Shown here piece by piece: positions 27,901-41,329 of a DNA stretch of 64,000 nucleotides. The position numbers and the translations under genes were made by a program. The first letter of the stretch is position 1; each line of letters begins with the position of its first letter. Below the pieces are notes generated by a model. That model worked only from the letters and a program-made list of their open reading frames with translations, was not told the origin of the DNA and made no database searches. The DNA lies in contig NC_043024.1 of assembly GCF_006345805.1 (NCBI RefSeq), forward strand, positions 12,338,001 to 12,402,000. Reading direction: 5' to 3'. Source of the DNA: Octopus sinensis. Lineage: Eukaryota.

Positions 27901-28030
27901 AATTATATCTAACTTTAGTACAATTATGGTACATTAATTAATTAATCTGGAAGAAATGAAAGGTAAAGTCAACTTTCAAAGAATTTGAAATCAGAACCCA
28001 GAACAAAAACAACAAGCAATTTGTTCAATG
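24950..28030 (-). repeat. Cluster of Meta-like SINE copies between exons B2 and B3 (~24950, 25060, 25860, 25950, 27420, 27630, 27860)
   Basis: Recurrent ccccagt..caactggtactt..tttatcgacc..gaaaggatgaaaggcaaagt.gacc..ggaatttgaactca, all in the same orientation. Confidence 0.75.
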
Positions 28031-28059
28031 CTTTGATGATTTTGTCTACCTTTCCTTTC

Positions 28060-28122
<63 letters not shown>

Positions 28123-28200
28123 GAAGAGGAAGAAGATGGAGAATTATTAATAGTATTAATAATAATGATGAAAAATTGATAATGATTTTAATGAACTAAC

Positions 28201-28408
28201 TTGACTGGTGCACAAAAATCTGAGAAATTCTTATAGAAGCTAGTGGATGCCATCCACCTGTAAGTTAGGGACCAGTCAAAACGGCCAATAGATACAGATT
28301 TGCCTGCACGTGTGAAATGTAAATCAGTATCACTGATGAGACCAATCATAGGTGCCACAACATGTGTATGGTTCATCTCGATACGTGAGAGTAATGGTTC
28401 CAGCCAAC
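28201..28408 (-). CDS. pgant9: GALNT catalytic exon, alternative variant B2: GWLEPLLSRIEMNHTHVVAPMIGLISDTDLHFTRAGKSVSIGRFDWSLTYRWMASTSFYKNFSDFCAPVK
   Basis: caactacag acceptor, AA|gttagt donor, 208 nt, phase 1-2, no stops; homologous to B1 over its full length. Confidence 0.85.
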
Positions 28409-28654
28409 CTGTAGTTGAAGAATTTTCAGAAAGAAAAAAAAATAAAACAATAACATAAACCACAACAACAACAACAGTGACAAACAATCAATTTCTCTGT
28501 TGCTTTATAATAATTTCTTACAAGGGAAGCAGTTTTTGATACGAGAGGTCACTCAAATTGGCTCCAACTTACCTTACAATAAATGACTGGTTCTTTATCA
28601 TATAAATTGATAGAATAATACAAGTTATTTTGTTTGGAACTCTAACAATTCTGC

Positions 28655-28697
<43 letters not shown>

Positions 28698-28879
28698 CAC
28701 CATTGTTTAATGCATGCATGGGTAGGACGGTTGACAAGAGCCACCCAGGTAGAAAGTCTAGCCAAGGTTTTTGTGTTCGTTTTGGCAGGGATTTTTTACA
28801 GCTGGATGCCCTTCCAACACCAACCACTCTGCAGAGTAGACTCAGTGCTTTTTATGTGGCACAAGCACAGGTGTAGTTA

Positions 28880-29200
28880 ATCAGGTTATTCAGGAAGGTG
28901 TCTTCTCCAAAGACTGGTGTAGCAGCATTACAGTCAACTGCTTCAAGGATGCCTTCGGTAGAAGCAACTACAGAGGAATCAAACTGCTGCATCAGGTCAT
29001 GAAAATTACAGAGACAGTTATATCTCAACTAATTAGGGATAGAATTAAACTAGACGAGATGCAGTTTGGTTTTGTTCCTGGGAGATGAACCACAGATGCC
29101 ATCTTTATAGTGAGAGAGTTGCCAGAAAACCATTTGGCCAAAAGTGAGCCATTGTACTTAGCTTTCATCAACCTGGAGAAGGCTTTTGACAGGGTTACCC
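28880..29200 (+). mobile_element. RTE-clade RT fragment
   Basis: NYRGIKLL..VMKITE..EMQFGFVPGR*TTDAIFIVREL...AFINLEKAFDRV; same family as 19130-19525. Confidence 0.8.
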
Positions 29201-29855
29201 AGGGAACCCCAGTGTTCAACTGATGCTCATTTTATTGACCTAGGAAGGATGAAAGGCAAAGCTGCTTTCGTAGGATTTGAACTCAGAACGTAAACACAGA
29301 TAAAATGCAACCAAGTATTTTGTCTGGTGTGCTAATGATTCTACCTGGTTGTTGCATGTGCATAAGGGCTGACATTCTGGGAGAAGGGCTTAGACCATTA
29401 CATCGACCCCGAGGCAGAATTAGTTCTTATTTTATTCACCTTAGAACTGTTTCTCATGCTTTTTACCCTTGTGCAGCCCTTAAAATAAATTACATTCCTC
29501 AAGGAACCCCTGCACAAAAAAATTATATACCATATCTTTCTCATATTTTTTCATCATAGTTCACATCGTAAATATCGTTTTATACGCACACACACACACA
29601 CATATATATGTATATATATATATACACATATATATATACACATATTTATACACACACACACACACATATATATATACACATATATATTTGTAAAAAATGA
29701 AGTTCGAAAATGCTGCTGTATTATACAATTTTTAATTTTTATATATACATTATAACATGTTTCAGTTCCTGAAATGAACCTTATCAAAAAAAGTTATATA
29801 TATATATACATATATACATACAAACACACACACATATATATATATATACATACAC

Positions 29856-29886
<31 letters not shown>

Positions 29887-29920
29887 TATATATACATATA
29901 TACACACACACAAATATATA

Positions 29921-29951
<31 letters not shown>

Positions 29952-29952
29952 G

Positions 29953-31950
29953 TTAGTTAGTTAGTTAGTTAATTTGGCTCAAAAGCAAATAGCAAGGCCA
30001 TGTAGGGGGACATGGAGTTAAGTACAGGGTGGTGTTCATGTAAAGAGTTCAGGCCACTTGAGGTCAAGGGAGGCTTTGAACAAAGCGGTCGTCGGCATCT
30101 TCACCATCTCGTCTGGCAGCTTGTTCCATGGATCCGCAACCCGGACGGAGAAAGCTCCTCTCCTTCGATTGAGATGAAATCGTCGCAGGTAGAGCTTTTC
30201 GGAATGACCCCGCAGCCGACGCTCTGGAGCAGGAGTCAAGAACAGCTCTTTCGAGAGGTTACACTTTCCGCTTATGATGCTGTGGGCGAGAATGAGATCA
30301 CCACGGCGGCGGCGTTTTTCAAGAGAATAAAGGTCGAGCGTCCTCAGCCTTTCTTTGTAGGACAAATTTTTGAGACCATGAACCATGCGGGTAGCCAGCT
30401 TCTGGACTCTTTCGAGATGCTGTATGTCTTTGAGGAGATAAGGAGAAGAGGCTTGAATCCCATACTCCAATATGGGTCTCACCAGCGTGACATAGAGTGG
30501 TAGGAATATGGCTGCTGTGAGCATTCCGAATGACCGTCGAATCAAGAACAGAATTCCGCGTGCTTTGTTGGCAGCATGGACGCACTGGGCCGAAGGCGAA
30601 AAGGAGGAATCCACCAAGATACCTAGGTCCTTTACCTGATCGGTCCTCTCCAGCAGCAGACGACTCGGCTCGAAATCAAGTTGAGTTGCAGGAGTAGAGC
30701 CGACAGGCAGATGACAGCACTTTGACACGTTCAGACACAGGTCCCAATTGTTAGACCACTTCCAAATTTGGTGGAGGCATCGACGAAGATCCTCTATATT
30801 ACCGCGAGGAGCGACCAGTTTGATATCGTCGGCAAATAGAAGGGTGTGTTGCGTGAGGTCGTCGGGCAAGTCATTTATGAAGACTAAGAACAACAAGGGC
30901 CCAAGCACTGAACCTTGAGGCACGCCACTGCTCGCACTGGAGACGTCGGACCGTGAACCATTAACTTGGACTTGGAAGGAGCGATCTGAGAGGAAGGCAC
31001 CAACCCATCGTACAATATCCGGATGGAAACTATATGCTTGAAGCTTGACAAGCAATAGGCGGTGGTTTACCGAGTCAAAAGCTTTGGCAAAGTCCAGTAA
31101 AACGATGTCAACAGCATCACTATCATCGAGGATGCGCGTCACCAATTCTTCCATTACTAGTAGGTTGGTCAAGCATGATCTCTTCGGCACGAAGCCGTGT
31201 TGGGAATCAGAGATAGAGGCTGTGTTTAGGAGGTGGAGCATCATACTTTTCTTAAGGATGGTTTCGAACATCTTGCTGATAATTGATGTAAGGGAAACCG
31301 GTTGGTAGTTAAGCGGGTCTTTGCGGCTCCCTTTCTTGAAAATTGGGCAGATTATCGCTGTTCTCCAGTCTGCAGGTATAACACCCGTCGCCAATGACAT
31401 ATTGAATAGTCGTGTTAAGGGCTCGCAGATGACCGGAGCCAACGCTTTGATAACCCGTGGGTGTATGCCGTCAGGGCCATGACCTTTGTTGACATCGAGG
31501 CCTTGAATAACACGTTTGACTTCGTCCCGCGTGATGACCAATCGAAGCATTGGAGGTACCGATCTATCAAATGGAGGGGGTTCACGACCATCATCTTGTT
31601 TGAAAATAGTTGAAAAAGCCTCGGCAAATAATTGACTCTGTTGATAAGGGTCCTCAATCGATACGCCTGTTGAGTCTACCAACGTTGCAATCTGGTTGTT
31701 CAAGCGGGAATTCTGCTGGACATGGGCAAAGAAGGTTTTTGGATTGCTACTGGCATTTGCCGTGATTTTGTATTCGTAACTGAAGCGTTCTTTCTTTTCA
31801 GTTTTCATGGCTCGGTCTCGTTGAGTTTTGTACACCTCAAAAGCTGCAGTCGAATCCAGATTTTTGAATTCAGCCCAAGCAATATCTCTGAGTCGACGTT
31901 CTCGTTTAACCCTCTTCGTCACAGGCTGTCCATAAATTACAGACGTCACT
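29953..31950 (-). mobile_element. Young 5'-truncated CR1/L2-group LINE with an uninterrupted 637-codon RT frame and (TAAC)n tail
   Basis: ORF 30036-31949 has no stops; NYQPVSLTS, QHGFVPKRSC, LDFAKAFDSV, GVPQGSVLGPLLF, FADD, KDLGILVD. No endonuclease domain and no ATG start. Short 3' UTR and TAAC repeats at 29953-29970. Confidence 0.93.
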
Positions 31951-32134
31951 AAATATATCCTCAGTGATTGTTATATTTGTTTTGATAACATAATATGTTA
32001 GATAGGATGATGTCTTATATTACAATAACCAATAATATGTTGTGCATGTGTAGTAATATTATAATCACGAAATTAGCAATAGCTTTTCGCACTCTTTCTC
32101 GCGAAACCCCTAGGAACCTTAATAAATAATAATA

Positions 32135-32355
32135 ATCCTTTCTACACTAGACAAAAGGTCTGAAGTTTGGTGGGGGGAGGGGCCAGTCGATTAGACTGAC
32201 CCCAGTACACAACTGGTACTTAATTTATCGACCCTGAAAGGATGAAAGGCAAAGTCAACCTTGGCGGAATTTGAACTCAGAACGTAACGGCAGATGAAAT
32301 ACCGCTAAGCATTTCGCATGGCGTGCTAACAATTCTGCCAGCTCAACACCTTCCA
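32135..32355 (-). mobile_element. Near full-length Meta-like tRNA-derived SINE
   Basis: Minus-strand head GAGCTGGCAGAATTGTTAGCACG..., B-box GAGTTCAAATTCC, central GCCTTTCATCCTTTCAGGGTCGATAAATTAAGTACC. Confidence 0.8.
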
Positions 32356-32360
32356 CTTTC

Positions 32361-32410
<50 letters not shown>

Positions 32411-32479
32411 CAACAACAATAATAATAAAACAAACAGGTGTCTTTAAAACCTAAATCTATCAGATCCCAAATAAACTAG

Positions 32480-32782
32480 CACTCTGTTGGTTATCACAAT
32501 GAGGGTTCTAGTTGATCTGATCAACAGAACAGCTCAAGAAATAACCATGCAAGTGGCTGAGTACTCCACAGACATAGTTCTCAGCGAGTTTCAGCATGAC
32601 ACAGAATGTGACAAGGCTAAACCCCCCCCCCCGCCCCGAATTACAGGTGCAACTCATTTTTGCCAGCTGAGTGGACCGAAGCAATGTGATATAAAGTGTC
32701 TTGTTCAAGGACACAACTCACTGCCAGGAATCGAACCCACAACGTTATGATCCTGAACTGAACACCCTAACCACTGAGCCAA
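32480..32782 (-). mobile_element. tRNA-headed CORE-like SINE
   Basis: Minus strand: GGCTCAGTGGTTAGGG...GGGTTCGATTCC...GTGTCCTTGAACAAGACACTTTAT; related copies near 39320, 48245 and 62340. Confidence 0.7.
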
Positions 32783-33808
32783 ATATGAAAACGTTGGTGG
32801 TGGAAATGGAAGTGGTGTTGGTGGGATTGATGGTGACAATGGTAAAGTGATGGTGTTGATGGTGTAGTGGTATCACTAATGATGATGGTGGTGTGGGTGA
32901 TAGAAATGGTGGTAGTGTGATGGTGGTGGCATAATTCAGAATGGTAGTGAATGACCTTAGTAAACACAAGAAACCCAACAATTTGAGGTTAATTTGTCTT
33001 CTTTTGTGGTTTTGTGGAAAAGAAATCTGAGATTCTGTTGTTGCAGAACATCACATCTCACATTGACCGTTTACAAGAATTCAGATTATTCTGTCAAATG
33101 AAAGGCTTTTTCATTTCCAATGCTTCAAATCTTATAGATTTGTGATTTCGATGACGTGTTTGTTTATTTTTAGAATGACATTGTTGCAAAAGTGTGAGAG
33201 GCAGGATCTGGCCAGTTCAAACCTAAAACAGGCAGAATATTTTGGCTGGATATGGCTGGCTTATATACTAAAGGATTAATGTAGTTACACACTAATATAG
33301 GCAAAGAGATAGACAAGGGTAAATACAGAAATTAAAAGATTGGTAGATAAAAGGACAAATAAGAATCTGTTTTTATAAAGAAAAGGAGGAAACTTTGAAA
33401 TCCCTTTCAACCATTTTTCTGCCTTATGAGGATACATTCCTTACTGAGTGACCCCAACCCACTCATGTGCCCCTTATCCTTTTCACAAACCCATGACCCT
33501 ATTCTTTGCCTTTTCCTTCTCTTACCCCATTTCCTAACACTGTTTCTCTAAGTCTATCCACTAACTCCCTCTGCCAACATTAAAACCTGTCCTTATCATC
33601 TCAACATCTCCCTTTTCTCTATTCCCCATCTCAGTTATGAAGGCTCTGAGGTACAAGGTGACCTGACTGGTGCTGGTGCCATGAGAAAAGCAGTAAGAGA
33701 AGGCCTAAATGTGAGATGCCTTTCGTAATTCTTTGGATATAAGAGAGCAAACGGTAGCCATGAGAACCATCAAAAAAGGCACAAAATGCAAGATGATTCT
33801 AATTTCAT

Positions 33809-33876
<68 letters not shown>

Positions 33877-34619
33877 AGCGTATAGAAGAAGAGATCTAAT
33901 AAATTGGACAAATGTATGCACTTCTACATCAGGCGTTCTCAACCAGGGTCCACATGACCCTTAAGGGCCCATATAAGATTTTGTTGTTGACGTTTATGAA
34001 AAACTAAATTGGTTTTGAAAGACAGAAAATAGTTATAAAAAATAATAGGATCTTTTAAAACATGGGATGGTTAAGAGCCACTACTCTACATGCTCACCTA
34101 ATCTGCTAGAAATAGCAACCAAATCTCTCTCAATTCACACTCATAACAGAAAGAATAAGAAGACACAAGAGAGAATGTAGTTCTAGATATGCTATACCTG
34201 AATAAAGGCTAGATGGTCACAATGGGAACGTTTTTGATCCGAAGACTAAAATAAATTTAAAACTAAAACAACAAATATTAATACAGCAGCATCAATAACA
34301 ACATCAATCTCTACCCTGCCTTCTCGTTTAGTGTCTGCAAACAGCTGGTTTAATTGATTTGGTCAATAAAAACAGAGAAAGCAAAACCCTCCTTACTTTC
34401 CATCAATAATTGGTGTTGCTAATTCAATACATGCAAAAATTACTAACGAGTTTCAGAGTTGTTGAGTGAGTTTGACTGGAGATGTTGCTGTTGTTGTTGT
34501 TGTTGAGAATCAATTTACTTTCAGGGAAAAAAGAGTCAAGTTTGCGATTTAACAGTGAATATAAAAACTGTTTACATGTTTCACTTCCTATCATTTATTT
34601 TGTTAATTGGATTGTATCA

Positions 34620-34882
34620 ATTAGCAGCAAATTTGCAAAGTTTGTTACAACATTGGCCAGAATACATTATTGGTTCTGGTTCTCAACACTCTCAATGTAT
34701 TGTATCTGGTTGAGACCAATTTTACTGATATGCCTTTCATGGTGGTGGGGCTGAATGCAATATACAGGTGGGCTGATGACAATAACATGCAGTTTAATGC
34801 TGGAAAATTCCAGGCCCAGCACGACCAGTACCAATGAAGTGCAAACAGGATACACCGATCAAGGTGTGTGTATGTATGTGTA

Positions 34883-34925
<43 letters not shown>

Positions 34926-36560
34926 GTGCATACACCCATAAATGATGCAAAGACACATACCAAAGTATGCTGCATTCTGTAATGACAAAAGAGAAGAATG
35001 TCATGGTGGGATTGGATTGTATATCTGTGGAGATGTCACACCACTAACCCTGCAGTTACATTCAGACTTAGTGACTCACTCATAGTGAGTCTGGACATAA
35101 TATGCACATTATATCACCCACCTAATGCTTTAAATCTTGATGGTAAATTTGTAGAAAACCTTGAAATGATAAAAGAAGTACTAATGAAGCTAGGTCAATG
35201 CATTTATGTACTTCTGAGAGGTGACTTCAACCACCCAAACATTCCGTAAGGAATGACATACAAAGAATGCAATCAAGCAGAATCTCTGCTTGATCTCATG
35301 AAAATGATGTCCAAGGAGCAAATTGGAATCTCCTCTTTAGCCAGAAACAATAATATATTAGACCCTTGCTTCACCAACAATGTAAAGGTATCACTGAGAA
35401 TTTTCTCAAACCACAACACGACAAAACCAATAATGTATGACCCCAAACTAATTAATAATGTATTCCACACAAATGACACTGAAGAAAAATGGATTATCCA
35501 GGAAAACTGGATTTAAAAGTGTCTATATGCAAGACATTGATATGAAACTTAAAGAATTCCTGTGAATAGTGCAAGCCATATGTGTTAAAGTTGTTCCAGA
35601 GAAGAGAGTCAGTACATACAAAAGCAACATTCTTTGAGACAGGAGAGTCGTTATGAGGCAAAGAACAAAGATCTCTACTCAATTAAACAACTTAACAACA
35701 GCAAGAAATCCCTCGTCAAAGAAGCACTCTCAGTGATAAAAAATAAACTCAAACTTTCCCATGAGAAAGAAAAGGAAGAAAGATAAATGAGGGTGGTTGA
35801 AAATATATACATGAATCCTGAAACCTTTTACAAGTTTGTGGAAAAATCTGCAAATAAACAAGCTTGATGAGTTCTTCAACATTGGAGATCAAAATGGGAA
35901 AGAGGAAAGCTTTGATTACATTGACATAAATGAGGAAGATGTAATATGAGCCATTGATGAGATGAACTCAAATTCAGCAATGGGCCCAGATGGATTTTCA
36001 GCTGTTCATGCAAGATAAATCTCACAAAACCACTTTTTCAGAGTTTCCTTGTCTGTGATAAACTTTCCAAAATGTTAAAAGATGTTATAATATACTTTGA
36101 TCATAAAGGAAGAAGCAGATCAGATGCTAAAGAATTAAAGGTCTATCTCTCTGACCTCACATACCAGCAAAGTCATGGAACATGTCATCAGAAGGAGACT
36201 GACCCCATTCCTGGAAGAGAATAACTTGCTCGCAAACACACAACATGGTTTCTGCCCAAAGAGGAACTGCCTCACATAGCTACTACAGCATTACGACTGG
36301 GTGCTAAAACAGCAGCTCAACCACTCGAATAGGGATGTGATATATCTCGACTTTGCCAAAGCCTTTGGCCAAGTTGATTAAGGGATGATGAATCACAAAC
36401 TACATCACTGGGAAACTAAGAGAGTGGTTGTGTGTTTTTCTCAAAGAGAGAAGTCAGACAGTTGCAGCCAATGGCTCTCTCTCTCTCACCAGGGAGACAC
36501 CAATTCTCAGTGGAATCCCTCAAAGAACTGTACAGGAACCATTACTGTTTGGGGTGGCTC
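34620..36560 (+). mobile_element. Degenerate CR1/L2-group LINE fragments (same family as 19530-22420)
   Basis: ADDNNMQFNAGKF, RGDFNHPNI, RNNNILDPCFTNN, SLTSH, QHGF, IYLDFAKAF. Confidence 0.8.
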
Positions 36561-36776
36561 TCTCAGTGATAAGCTGAAGAGTAGCCGGTGGTATACAACT
36601 CACTTGAATTCTTATCACTTCTGAGGTTCCGCCCGTTATGAAACGTATGTAGGTTGGATCTCACCTACTTCATTCTGTAATTCATACATATGTTTATACA
36701 CACACACACACACACACATTAATGTGGAATGATGAAAATGAGTGCTCAATGCTGCATTGGTGGATATAATTTCTTT

Positions 36777-37134
36777 ATTTGTGAATTAAGGCTACCATTG
36801 GTTTCCTAGTGTTTTAACAATTTTTCAAACTGATTACATGGAGAAAGGTGTTTGCCTTCATTTTGGAAAATACCCCTTGTTTAGTTTGCGGGGATTCTCA
36901 TGAATTCTCCTGAATAAAACAAATCAAGGTATGTCCACCCAAGAGTAACATCCCTTAATTCATCGTTTTATTCACAAGAATTTACCAGGATCTCTACGAA
37001 CTAAATGAGGTTGTGTTTTCCAAAATAGAGGCGAACACCTTTTTAGATGTGATTGGCTTGAAAAATTTTTAAGCCACTTGGATATTTTCCCACTTTTCTT
37101 AACATGAAACCAATGGTAGCCTTAATTCACAAAT
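36777..37134. repeat. MITE-like fold-back element
   Basis: Perfect 29-bp terminal IR atttgtgaattaaggctaccattggtttc / gaaaccaatggtagccttaattcacaaat plus diverged inner arms. Confidence 0.8.
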
Positions 37135-38068
37135 GCACACACACACACATTTACAAATCACTTACAGAAACACTATGCAATAACATGGAAAAAGTAATTG
37201 GCTAGTTATTGTGCAACCAACAATAGCAACAAAATAAGGGAATAATAACAGTTTTCATGATTACAGCAGATAAACTAATAACGACATATTTAAATAAATT
37301 AAACACTTTTTAAAAACGGAAATATTTCTCCAAACTTTTATCTGAATCTGAATTCTTCCTATTTAGTCTTGATTCCCTGAAATATATCCTTGCATCATTA
37401 TTAGAAACCACAGAGGTATCTTAATGTGTCTTCAGATGAAATTTGGGATAACTCACAGAAAATAAAGCAACAACAACATCAACAATCATAATAATTGCAA
37501 TAATTACTTCTTATAAAAGGTAAAAAGTTTGAAATTTAATGATTCAGTCAATTCTCGTTACTTGATTAATATTGTATTTTATCAACTTGGGAGAAACAAA
37601 AGACAAGTTCAAGCCTGGAGGGATGTCAACTCAGAATGTAAGAACTGGAACAAATACCACAAGGCATTTTTCTCAATGCTAACATTTCTGCTGACCACCA
37701 CCATTAATAATTGTTTCTAAGACAAGCAGAACGTCTGAAATTATTTATGGGTGGAGGGTGGGGTACTGTTAGTTGATGACATCAACCCCAGGGCTTGACA
37801 AGTTATTTTTTTTTATTGATTCTAGAAGGATGAGATGAAAATTCAACATTACTAGGATTTGAACTCAGAACATAAGGTGCCAGAACAAAGACAGCAATGA
37901 ATAAAGTCAGAACAAATGCCACAGTGAAAAGAATTAACTTTAAGGAGAAAGGTCTTGCTTATTAGGAAGGAGTGTGAAAGTAAATAAGAAAGCGTAAGTG
38001 AATGCAGAGAGAAAGAAGAAGTATATGTTTATTAGGTAGAAGAAGAATGAAGCATAACGAAAAATGTA

Positions 38069-38100
<32 letters not shown>

Positions 38101-38178
38101 GTTCATAGATGAGAATTAGATATTCTCCATATAGAATACACCTGGTAAAGCTCAAAAGGTTTAAACTTGAGTGGGTAG

Positions 38179-38794
38179 AGGAGTAAATGTAAAGATAAGC
38201 AAGTAATGCTGATATACAAAGAATATTTAATATATTAAATACAAAAAAATGTATATATAAGTTTAGATAAAAAAAGGTCCGACTTACACAGAATAGAAAT
38301 GATATCAAAGATTGAAGGGGGTTGATGGAAAGTGTTAGAATCCAACAGCTGTTTTTGGGAGTTCAGTGGTCCCAAATAATTATTGTAAATTGATTCCATT
38401 GATGGATGAGATGAGCCTCCATCTTCAGAGAAGAAATCTTACATTAGAGGTGTTGATAGTAAGGGGATTAAAGATGGTAAGGAGATTAAAGATTTCATCT
38501 TTAATCTCCTTACTGTCAACACCTCTAATGTAAGATTTCTTCTCTGAAGATGGAGGCTCATCTCATCCATCAATGGAATCAATTTACAATAATTATTTGG
38601 GACCACTGAACTCCCAAAAACAGCTGTTGGATTCTAACACTTTCCATCAACCCCCTTCAATCTTTGATATCATTTCTATTCTGTGTAAGTTGGACCTTTT
38701 TTTATCTAAACTTATATATACATTTTTTTTGTATTTAATGTATTAAATATTCTTTGTATATCAGCCTTACTTGCTTATCCTTACATTTATTCCT
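38179..38794. repeat. Near-perfect ~616-bp palindrome (~300-bp arms, 3-nt loop at 38494-38496)
   Basis: The arms are reverse complements with few mismatches; one extra ~18-bp duplicated unit lies in the left arm next to the centre. Confidence 0.95.
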
Positions 38795-40778
38795 ATATAT
38801 ATATATATATATATAAGAGAGGCATAAAAAATGAATAAGACAGTGTAAAAATTAAACACTGCATTAAATCCCATTATTCTCTCTCTCTCTCTAATTCGGA
38901 AAATGAAATCAACCGAACTAGTTTCAGTGGTTTCATAACTCAATAAGATCAGTTTCTCACTTGACAATTCATGGGTAACAACCTGTCTCCAAAAGGAGGA
39001 TTGAAATGTGTTGTACCCCTGCTAAGTGTATGAGAAGCAACATGTGTTACTGGAAGCTATGCACATGCTGGGCAATATGGGTAAAGAACCTTCCAAGTAA
39101 AATGCTTATGTCACCTAAAAATTGTTGGAATTATTATGTTGGATATGAAATTACTAATACAAATCCATACTCTCACCAAACCGGAATAAATGAATAAATT
39201 TGTCTGTGCATCTGTCTAACTATCTATCTATCTATATGTAGACATTACGATACTATTATTTTGGTTCATGTATCTTCAGTTACAACTTTTGTGTGTGTGA
39301 GTGTTTATGTACACACACACCCGTGCATGGTTTAGTGGTTAGGTTGTTCTGATTTTAAGATTGTGGTTTCGATTCTGGGACTGAGCAATGCATTCGGTTC
39401 TCAAGCCAAACACTGCATTTCGCATTGCTCCAGTCCAATCAATTAGCAAGAGTGAGTAATATACACATCACAGAATTCAGGGAACCAACCTTATGAGCCT
39501 TTGGCCTGGGAAGGACCCTTGACTTTTCCAGTTGAGGGGAGTTTGTCTTGTCATATGAGCTGCTTGCTGAGCACAACCACACTGGTATTGGTGCCATGAA
39601 AGAAGCACCCAGTACTTCTGTAAAGAGGTTGGCATTACGAAGGCCACCCAGCCTTTGACCGTGCCAAAATGGTTCCTGTAATCTTGCAATTTTTGATGAT
39701 TTGATGATGTCATCTGAAGATACAGTTTTCCCTTCTACGAAAAACTGTTATTGAAATAAAAAGTAAGAAAGCTTTGAATAAGGGTAAAGCTTTATCTTCA
39801 CATTTTCTATTTGTATCTTGAGCTCAAGAATGGAACTGAATTGCAAAACATGGATTAATATTTTGCTTGCTCTTCACAAGATGTTTTGAAATATATTGGT
39901 TGGTTGGTTGCTCACTCACTCACACACACACACACACAAAAGTAACAAAAACAGATGGAGTTTTAAACACTGATTATATGTCATGAACAATATACCACAA
40001 CAAACACAAACATCTACCTATATAAATATATATTTACACACACACACACACATTCATACATACCTACATACATACATACACCCACACATATAATCATAAT
40101 CTAACATCTATTTTCCATGATGTTACTCGTTGGAGAGTTTGACATGAGCTGGCAAGGCCCAATGCTGCATCAGCCACCTGTGTCTGTTTTGGCAAGGTTT
40201 TTATGGCTGGATGCCCTTCCTAACACCAACCACTTTATAAATGTGAACTGGATGCTATTTACATGGCACCAAGTAACTCACAAAGCAAAGATCCCTTGAG
40301 AGGGGTGGGCATTACAGGAGGGGACCTTGTGCCAGGTGATGAAAGGTTAGAGTGTGACAGAGAGACAGAAACAGGTATCTTGCTGTAGAGGGGACACAGG
40401 ATTACCCAGTCAGAGGGAAAGAGATAGATAGATAGATAGAGAGAGAGAGATAGAGATAGAGAGATAAAGAATGATGAAGAATGAGAGAGAGAGTGGAAGA
40501 GAGTGAAGTGTGAGAAAGATGGTGGCAAAGTGCTAGGGCATACCCTGAAGGTATGGGGATCAGGGTATAAATGGGATGGTAGAGTATTGTTAAGGGAGTA
40601 GGGATTTCATATGAATGCAAAGAGTGGGGAGGGGGGAATGCAGTGACGAGTGAAAGGTGAGTATTTAGAGGAGGTGGGGAGGGATAGCAATCATACACAC
40701 ATTTATATACATATATACATATACAACGGCATACACATATATGTATATGTATATATATGCGTGCACACACACAAGTAC

Positions 40779-40814
<36 letters not shown>

Positions 40815-41079
40815 GCACGTATGTTTGTATAGCTGATTAGACGAGGTAGTTGCAGGAAGCCACAATAAAAGAAACACAATGAGCGTAAGGGTGCTTAGCA
40901 TTTATTGGTGCCTCACAACATGGCCAGGGGACTTCAGTCTTTGAGAAGAGTCATAAAATTTGGTCATTTTATAAGATGACAATAAACACCAAATTTGTGT
41001 GCCTGTGTGAGTGTGTGTCCAAACACAGATATAAATACATCTATATGTATGCATCTATATATATGTGTGTGTGTGTATG

Positions 41080-41113
<34 letters not shown>

Positions 41114-41268
41114 TTTAAATATGTACATATACAAGGTTTTGATATTTAAAATAATAGCAGAGAATATGTAAATAATTATAATCTGAGAATGGAATGCCTC
41201 TTTCCTTTTTTATTTTGTATTTATTTGGTGGAGCTCTACTTGCTGCTGTCTTCTTTTTTTTGTATTTA

Positions 41269-41329
<61 letters not shown>

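Noticed and set aside
30012-31952. Plus-strand ORFs overlapping the LINE (30012-30503, 31045-31308, 31722-31952)
   Set aside because: Antisense shadows of the GC-rich RT frame.
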